Notes under the pieces: generated by a model
The model's database searches: none
Seen by the model: the letters and a program-made list of their open reading frames with translations, nothing else
What the model was told of the DNA's origin: nothing
Source of the DNA: an uncultured Chthonomonadaceae bacterium
GTDB taxonomy: Bacteria; Armatimonadota; Chthonomonadetes; Chthonomonadales; Chthonomonadaceae
Assembly: GCA_963817895.1 (NCBI GenBank)
Contig: CAWFQB010000014.1
Coordinates: 256,001 to 320,000 of the forward strand
Length of the DNA: 64,000 nt
Reading direction: 5' to 3'
In this document: positions 57,923 through 64,000 of the stretch, one piece after another
How positions within the stretch are numbered: the first letter of the stretch is position 1
How the letters are laid out: each line of letters opens with the position of its first letter
Position numbers and translations under genes: made by a program

Positions 57923-58804
57923 ATGGATTACGACCCGGTTTCTCCAAAACAGGCCAGCGAATTGCTTCAGACGCATGGGATTCGCGCCCAAAAGCGTTTG
58001 GGGCAAAACTTCCTTGTGGATCGCAACACTCTGGATCGGATCGTTCGGGCGGCGGACCTTCAGCCCCACGAACCGGTTCTGGAAATCGGCAGCGGCCTCG
58101 GCGCGCTTACGCTCGCCCTGGCTGCTGTTTCTCCTGTCGTTACCAGTGTCGAAATAGACCGCCATCTGGAACCTATTTTGCGCGAAGTGACCGCCAACAC
58201 CCCCAATGTTCGCCTGGTATTCGCCGATTTCCTGCAAAAAGACAGCACCGATGCATTATTTAATGACGCATTTGGCGACCAGCCCGGCGTTGTCGTCGCA
58301 AACATCCCCTATTACATCACCACGCCCATCATTGAACGCCTGTTTGAGCATAAAGCGCGGCTGCGTCGCGTCGTTCTGCTCGTTCAGCACGAGTTTGCCA
58401 ATCGCGCCGTTGCCCGCGCAGATACGGATGATTACGGGGCCATGTCGGTTTTTGTTCAGTACCACACGCGCCCGGAAATTGTCGGCACGGTTCCGCGTAC
58501 CGTTTTCCTGCCCCCGCCCGAAGTCGGCTCCGCCATACTCGCCCTCGACCCGGTTGTTCCCGGCACGGTTGAATTGCGAGACGAGCAGCGGTTTTTCAAC
58601 ATCGTCCGCTCCTCCTTCGCTCAGAGAAGAAAAACCCTCCTCAACGCCCTCCTACGCGCCCCCGCATCCTTCAGCCTGGGGTTCGGCATGGAAGACCGCG
58701 CCCGCGTCGAGGCATTGCTTGCCCGCGCCGAAATCAACCCCACCCGCCGGGGCGAAACCCTCAATATCGAAGAGTTCGCCCGCCTCGCAAATTTAGAAGA
58801 ATAA
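57923..58804 (+). CDS. rsmA: 16S rRNA dimethyltransferase RsmA/KsgA
   Basis: LGQNFL, LEIGSGLG, ANIPYYIT, QRRKTL. Confidence 0.97.
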   Translation: MDYDPVSPKQASELLQTHGIRAQKRLGQNFLVDRNTLDRIVRAADLQPHEPVLEIGSGLGALTLALAAVSPVVTSVEIDRHLEPILREVTANTPNVRLVFADFLQKDSTDALFNDAFGDQPGVVVANIPYYITTPIIERLFEHKARLRRVVLLVQHEFANRAVARADTDDYGAMSVFVQYHTRPEIVGTVPRTVFLPPPEVGSAILALDPVVPGTVELRDEQRFFNIVRSSFAQRRKTLLNALLRAPASFSLGFGMEDRARVEALLARAEINPTRRGETLNIEEFARLANLEE

Positions 58805-58966
58805 ACCACGGAGAACACGGAGGACACGGAGAGGAGAGAAGTGGAGAATATTGTTCTATTTTTGTCTTTCTCTGCGTCCTTTGCATCTTTGCGGTTTGCT
58901 TCTTCTTTCCTCTCCGCTTTTCTCCGTGTTCTCCGTGTTCTCCGTGGTTTATTCTTCTAAATTTGC
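58787..58966. repeat. Perfect 36-bp inverted repeat with 9-mer units, overlapping the rsmA stop
   Basis: gcaaatttagaagaataaaccacggagaacacggag at 58787-58822, reverse complement at 58931-58966. Confidence 0.92.
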
Positions 58967-59001
58967 TTTTCTGGCTTGTATTCGGTACAATAGCGGAAGT
59001 T

Positions 59002-60408
59002 ATGTCCGAAATTTTCCTCAAAAACGTAAATGCCCTCATTGTCACCGCAGTCGAAACGGGTTCCCCCTCAGAACGCGCGGGCGTTCGCGCGGGCGATATG
59101 CTTCAGCAGATCAACGGCAGGCCAATTCTTGATATTCTGGATTACCGCTTCCACAGTTCGGATGTTAAACTACAATTAACTCTACAGCGCGACGGGCAGA
59201 CGCTCATCGTGGATGCGCAAAAGCGCGTGGACGCCGATCTTGGCTTGCAGTTCGAGCATGATCTGGGCGATAAAATTCACACCTGTAAAAACAAGTGCGT
59301 GTTCTGCTTCATTCATCAGCAGCCGAAGAAAATGCGCAAGTCGCTGTACCTGATGGACGATGATTTTCGCCTGTCGTTTATGCACGGCAACTACGTCACG
59401 CTGACCAACCTTTCAGAGGAAGAATGGGCGCGTATTCTGGAACAGCGTCTTTCTCCGCTGTATGTTTCCGTTCATGCCACCAGCCCCGAACTGCGCCAGA
59501 TTCTGCTTGGCCGCAAAACGCCCACGCCTATTATGCCCCAAATTCGCGAACTAGCCGACAACCGCATAGATGTTCACGCGCAAATTGTCCTTTGCCCCGG
59601 ACTGAATGACGGCGCGAATCTGGATAACACGCTGGATGAACTGGCGCAGGAACACCGCGCTGTCACCAACAAACGCGCGGGCGTACAGTCCGTCGCCATT
59701 GTTCCCGTCGGCATGACCCGCTTTCGCGAACGCCTGCCCAATTTAACCCACGTTGAGCGCGACTATGCCCGTGACATGATTGCGCATGTGGAACAGATAG
59801 CGCAGGGTTTTGAAACCACGCTGGGCACACGCTTCGCCTGGCTTGCCGATGAGTGGTATCACATTGCCGGTCAGGACGTGCCGCCCCGCTCCCACTATGA
59901 AGATTTTCCGCAACTGGAAGACGGCATCGGAACCATCCGCCTGTTTCTGGATGACGCCAAACGTACCGGTTTGCGCCTGCCCGTTCGCGTACCCGTTCCG
60001 GTTACAGCTACGCTTGTCACGGCGGAAATGCCCGCGCAGCATGTGCAGACATTTGCAGACCGCTTAAACCGTATTGAGGGCGTGGACATCAACGTTTGCG
60101 TGGTGAAAAACGACTTTTTCGGCGGCGACATCCACATCGCGGGACTGCTCACCGCGCAGGACATTCTGGCGCAACTGAAAACCTTTTCCAACTGCTACCA
60201 GACGGTTTATATTCCGAAAATCTGCCTGCGTGATGAGGTTTTGTTTCTGGACGACGTAACACTGGAAGAAGCCCGCGTTTCCTCCGGGCTGGATTTGCGA
60301 GCCGTGGGCAATACGCCCCGCGAACTGGCGCAGGCGCTCGGCCTGACACGCTCTGCCACACCGCAACGCCCCGGCTCACGCTGGAAAATGGAAGAAACCG
60401 TATCTTGA
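59002..60408 (+). CDS. PDZ/DUF512 radical-SAM-like protein
   Basis: CKNKCVFCFIHQ, DDDFRLSF, QLEDGIG. Confidence 0.9.
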   Translation: MSEIFLKNVNALIVTAVETGSPSERAGVRAGDMLQQINGRPILDILDYRFHSSDVKLQLTLQRDGQTLIVDAQKRVDADLGLQFEHDLGDKIHTCKNKCVFCFIHQQPKKMRKSLYLMDDDFRLSFMHGNYVTLTNLSEEEWARILEQRLSPLYVSVHATSPELRQILLGRKTPTPIMPQIRELADNRIDVHAQIVLCPGLNDGANLDNTLDELAQEHRAVTNKRAGVQSVAIVPVGMTRFRERLPNLTHVERDYARDMIAHVEQIAQGFETTLGTRFAWLADEWYHIAGQDVPPRSHYEDFPQLEDGIGTIRLFLDDAKRTGLRLPVRVPVPVTATLVTAEMPAQHVQTFADRLNRIEGVDINVCVVKNDFFGGDIHIAGLLTAQDILAQLKTFSNCYQTVYIPKICLRDEVLFLDDVTLEEARVSSGLDLRAVGNTPRELAQALGLTRSATPQRPGSRWKMEETVS

Positions 60409-60482
60409 AAAGTTGATAGTTGATAGTTGATAGTTTCCGTCTCTCTATCAACTATTAATTGTTTAGCAAGGAGCAGGCATTT

Positions 60483-62669
60483 ATGCAGGAACCTACGCAC
60501 TCCCCCTCCCCAACGCCCTCCACCAACTCAGAAACAGTTGTCGCTCCCGATAAAGCCACTTCACCGCGTTCCAAACACCAGTCGCGCCGCGCGCCCGCAG
60601 CGAGTACGAACCATGCCGTTACCAACGCGCTGAAAGTCAAACAACATCTGTTTTTCGACCGCGAGTTAAGCTGGCTGGACTTCAACGCCCGCGTCCTTTC
60701 CGAAGCCCTTAACACCAACCATCCCCTGCTGGAACGTCTGAAATTCCTCGCCATTTACAGCAACAATCTGGACGAGTTTTTTATGATTCATGTGCCGGGG
60801 ATGCGCGAACGTTCCGATGAGGCGACCGGGCGACCGGCAACGCCCCGCACCATCGTTCGGCGTCTGGAAGCCATTCAGACCAAACTTCAGCCGCAGCTTG
60901 CCATGCTGTACCGCTGCCTTCAGGATTTGCTGCCCCGCCTTGCCGAATACGACGTGCGGCTTGTCGGATACGAAACCCTTTCCGAAAACGAAAAGCAGCG
61001 ATTGGAATTGTATTTCGAGAGCGAAGTGTTTCCCGTGTTGACGCCGCTTGCCGTTGACCCCGGCCATCCGTTTCCCTATATTTCCAATCTCAGCCTGAGC
61101 CTTGCCGTTGTGGTTCACGACCCGCGTTCGAACCAGAACCATTTCGCCCGCGTCAAAGTTCCCACCAAACCGGCCCTGCCCCGCCTGGTTCCTATTGCTG
61201 GCGCGCCCTGGAAGTTCGTCCTGCTGGAAGAGGTGATCGCCGCCCATATCGGCAGGCTGTTTGCCGGCATGGAAGTCCGCGCCTGCTATCCCTTCCGCCT
61301 GACCCGCAACGCCGACCTTGAGTTGCAGGAGGACGCAGCGGACGACCTGCTGGAAATGATCGAAGAAGAGCTTGCCAAGCGGCGATTTGGCGAAATTGAG
61401 CGGCTGGAACTGGCAAGCAACATGCCTCCCGACATACGCCAAACGCTCATAGAAGAACTGGAAGTCCCTGAACACGAAGTTTACACGCTGGATGGTATGC
61501 TCAATCCCGGGGACCTGATGCCCCTGACGGGCCTTGACGTTCCCGTTCTGCGCGACCCACCGTTCAATCCACCCATCACGCCTGCCCTGCGCAATACAAA
61601 TGATATTTTCGCCGCAATCCGCAAGCAGGATATTCTGCTGCACCATCCCTATCAATCGTTCAGCAGCGTGACCGATTTTTTGCGGGCGGCAGCCGAAGAC
61701 CCGAACGTTCTGGCGATCAAGCACACCCTGTACCGCACGAGCGGCGACTTGCCCATACTACCTGCCCTGATTGAAGCGGCAGACAACGGCAAGCAAGTCG
61801 CGTGTCTCGTAGAACTGAAAGCCCGTTTTGATGAAGCGAATAATATTACGTGGGCAAAACAGTTGGAGAAAGCGGGCGTACACGTTGTTTACGGGCTTGT
61901 CGGGCTGAAAACGCACTCCAAAGTAACGCTCGTGGTTCGGCGCGAGGAGGACGGATTGCGCCGGTATCTGCACATCGGCACGGGCAACTACAACCCCAAA
62001 ACCGCGACCGTGTATACGGATGTGGGTATTCTAACCTGCGCTCCGCAATTCGGCATGGACGCCACTGACCTGTTCAACTATCTGACCGGATATGCGCGGC
62101 AGGAACAGTATCGCGCGTTTCTGGTTGCGCCCATCACGCTCCGTCACCGCTTGCAGGATATGATAGACCGCGAAGCGGAAAAACACACGCCCGAAAACCC
62201 CGGACGCATCATCGCCAAAATGAACGCCCTGACAGACCCCGGACTTATCAAGTCGCTGTATGCCGCGTCACAGATGGGCGTACAAATTGACCTGATTATA
62301 CGCGGCATGTGCTGCCTGCGCCCCGGCGTGCCGGAACTGTCGGAAAACATTCGGGTAATGAGTATTGTGGGCCGTTTTCTGGAACACAGCCGCATCTTTT
62401 ATTTTCGCAACGGCGGACACGAGGAGATATATTTCGGCAGCGCGGATTGGATGTCGCGCAATCTGGACAGGCGCGTGGAAGTGGTGGTTCCCGTCATCAG
62501 CGAGGAGATACGCCGAACCCTGCGCCATGACGTTCTGGGAGTGCTGCTCGAAGACAACCAGCAGGCATGGGACTTGAACGCGGAGGGTCTGTACACGCGC
62601 CGCCGCCCCGCCCCCGGCCAGCACCGCGTCAACGCGCAGCAGCGGCTCTTGGAATATCTGGCAAAATAG
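60483..62669 (+). CDS. ppk1: Polyphosphate kinase 1
   Basis: RELSWLDFNARV, HHPY, ELKARFDE, GRFLEH. Confidence 0.98.
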   Translation: MQEPTHSPSPTPSTNSETVVAPDKATSPRSKHQSRRAPAASTNHAVTNALKVKQHLFFDRELSWLDFNARVLSEALNTNHPLLERLKFLAIYSNNLDEFFMIHVPGMRERSDEATGRPATPRTIVRRLEAIQTKLQPQLAMLYRCLQDLLPRLAEYDVRLVGYETLSENEKQRLELYFESEVFPVLTPLAVDPGHPFPYISNLSLSLAVVVHDPRSNQNHFARVKVPTKPALPRLVPIAGAPWKFVLLEEVIAAHIGRLFAGMEVRACYPFRLTRNADLELQEDAADDLLEMIEEELAKRRFGEIERLELASNMPPDIRQTLIEELEVPEHEVYTLDGMLNPGDLMPLTGLDVPVLRDPPFNPPITPALRNTNDIFAAIRKQDILLHHPYQSFSSVTDFLRAAAEDPNVLAIKHTLYRTSGDLPILPALIEAADNGKQVACLVELKARFDEANNITWAKQLEKAGVHVVYGLVGLKTHSKVTLVVRREEDGLRRYLHIGTGNYNPKTATVYTDVGILTCAPQFGMDATDLFNYLTGYARQEQYRAFLVAPITLRHRLQDMIDREAEKHTPENPGRIIAKMNALTDPGLIKSLYAASQMGVQIDLIIRGMCCLRPGVPELSENIRVMSIVGRFLEHSRIFYFRNGGHEEIYFGSADWMSRNLDRRVEVVVPVISEEIRRTLRHDVLGVLLEDNQQAWDLNAEGLYTRRRPAPGQHRVNAQQRLLEYLAK

Positions 62670-62675
62670 CGCATA

Positions 62676-63905
62676 TCAGTTCAGCATCTCAAAACGATAG
62701 CCCTGCCCTTTTAGTCCATCTCGTACCAGCGCGATATGATCGGCGTCGCGCACTTCCAGCAGCACTTCTACACCCGTTTGCCCCAACGGAATCGAAGAAC
62801 TGATACGGTTATGGGTGACGGAAATGATGTTGCCGCGCAGTTCCGCCAGCAGGTCGAGCAGTCCCGCCAGTCCGCCGGGGCGATCTGACACGGCGGTAAA
62901 AAAGTGCAGATAGCGATCCGCCCGTATCATTTCGCGCTCAATTAAATCCGCCAGAAACTTCGCGTCCACATTACCGCCCGATACGGTTGCGACGGTCTTG
63001 CCCTTTGCCTTCACTTTGCCCGACAGCAGCGCGGCGACGGCTGCCGCGCCCGCCGGTTCCACAACTGTTTTCGCCCGTTCCAAGAGCAACAACATTGTTT
63101 GCGCCAGATCGCTGTCTTCCACTGTTACCATGTCGTCGGCATACTGTTGTATATATTGGAATGTGCGCTCACTCGGCGACTTGATGGCGATTCCGTCCGC
63201 GATGGTACGGACTTCGCTACGCGGCAGCAATTCGCCCGCTTTCCACAATTCGACCGCGCATGGCGCTCCCGCCGCCTGTACCCCGATAATTCCCGCTTTG
63301 GGACACAGGGCGCGTATCGCGGTTGCCACTCCGCTGAACAGTCCCCCACCGCCCACGCAAATCAGCACGGTTTCCAAATCCGGCACATCTTCCACGATTT
63401 CAATCCCGCACGTCCCCTGTCCCGTAATAATGCCATCATCATCGTAGGCGGAAACAAACGTCGCGCCCGTTTCCTCCGCCCGCGCTTTGCCCGCCGCCAC
63501 CGCTTCATCGAAGTTATGGCCCTCCAAAACCACTTCCGCCCCGTACCGCCGCGTGGCCTGTATTTTGGCGATGCTGGCGAACTCCGGCATGAATACGGTT
63601 GCCTTGATTCCCGTCAAGCGAGCGGCAAGCGCGATGCCCTGCGCGTGGTTGCCCGCGCTTGCCGCCACGACGCCAACCGCTTTCTGTTCCGCCGATAAAT
63701 GCGTCAGCCGATGGTACGCGCCCCGGATTTTGAAACTGCCCGTGCGCTGCATGTTCTCCATTTTCAGCAACAGTTGTTGCGGCGCAAGCCCGATACGCTC
63801 TTCCAGACTGCGGCAGGTAGTAACCGGCGTATGATGCACCGCCTTCCAGATTTCCACATACGCCGCCTCAATATCCGCAAGACTTACCATGCGCTCGTTA
63901 TTCAT
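62676..63905 (-). CDS. ilvA: Threonine ammonia-lyase with ACT domain
   Basis: GSFKIRG, SAGNHAQG, GGGGL, DRPGGL. Confidence 0.93.
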   Translation of the reverse strand: MNNERMVSLADIEAAYVEIWKAVHHTPVTTCRSLEERIGLAPQQLLLKMENMQRTGSFKIRGAYHRLTHLSAEQKAVGVVAASAGNHAQGIALAARLTGIKATVFMPEFASIAKIQATRRYGAEVVLEGHNFDEAVAAGKARAEETGATFVSAYDDDGIITGQGTCGIEIVEDVPDLETVLICVGGGGLFSGVATAIRALCPKAGIIGVQAAGAPCAVELWKAGELLPRSEVRTIADGIAIKSPSERTFQYIQQYADDMVTVEDSDLAQTMLLLLERAKTVVEPAGAAAVAALLSGKVKAKGKTVATVSGGNVDAKFLADLIEREMIRADRYLHFFTAVSDRPGGLAGLLDLLAELRGNIISVTHNRISSSIPLGQTGVEVLLEVRDADHIALVRDGLKGQGYRFEMLN

Positions 63906-64000
63906 CTTTCTCCTCATTTCCAATTTCAGAAAGGAACTCCTGAATACGCATGGCGACCTCTTGGGCGCGGTACCACGCCATCCAGTGTTCCGCGCCGTCA
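63898..64000 (-). CDS. 3' end of a probable alpha/beta hydrolase (partial)
   Basis: DGAEHWMAWYRAQEVAMRIQEFL...* resembles the catalytic-His end. Confidence 0.45.
   Translation of the reverse strand, partial: DGAEHWMAWYRAQEVAMRIQEFLSEIGNEEKDE

Overview
A GC-rich bacterial chromosome segment, most likely Armatimonadota. That placement is inferred from the DUF1559 prepilin-type genes, a fused sugar-binding protein/permease and a membrane HEAT-repeat family. It is mostly housekeeping genes: metH, mutL, ftsY, rpsO-pnp, maf, clpS, nagA, rsmA, ppk1, ilvA, S41/tricorn/M42 peptidases and a sugar ABC transporter. Many conserved genes are split by 1-nt frameshifts, probably long-read assembly errors. 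Main points of interest: (1) a 23S-5S rRNA unit with no 16S, its own tandem promoters and boxA, two hairpin insertions and a truncated L1-stalk helix 78; (2) about a dozen dispersed inverted 7-9-mer tandem-repeat elements, one inside 23S helix 45, some nested and some supplying protein termini, plus three REP-like families; (3) an Rpn nuclease with a perfect internal Shine-Dalgarno site for a small C-terminal product; (4) an HTH/coiled-coil protein whose own gene is rich in TGTCWG motifs, lying with an orphan SMI1/KNR4 gene inside the ABC cluster; (5) a XisI/secreted-protein/VapBC-like cluster bracketed by a ~230-bp duplication of the tricorn protease catalytic region; (6) a DUF1559 gene broken by two in-frame stops without frameshift. 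All family calls are from motif recognition; no searches were run.
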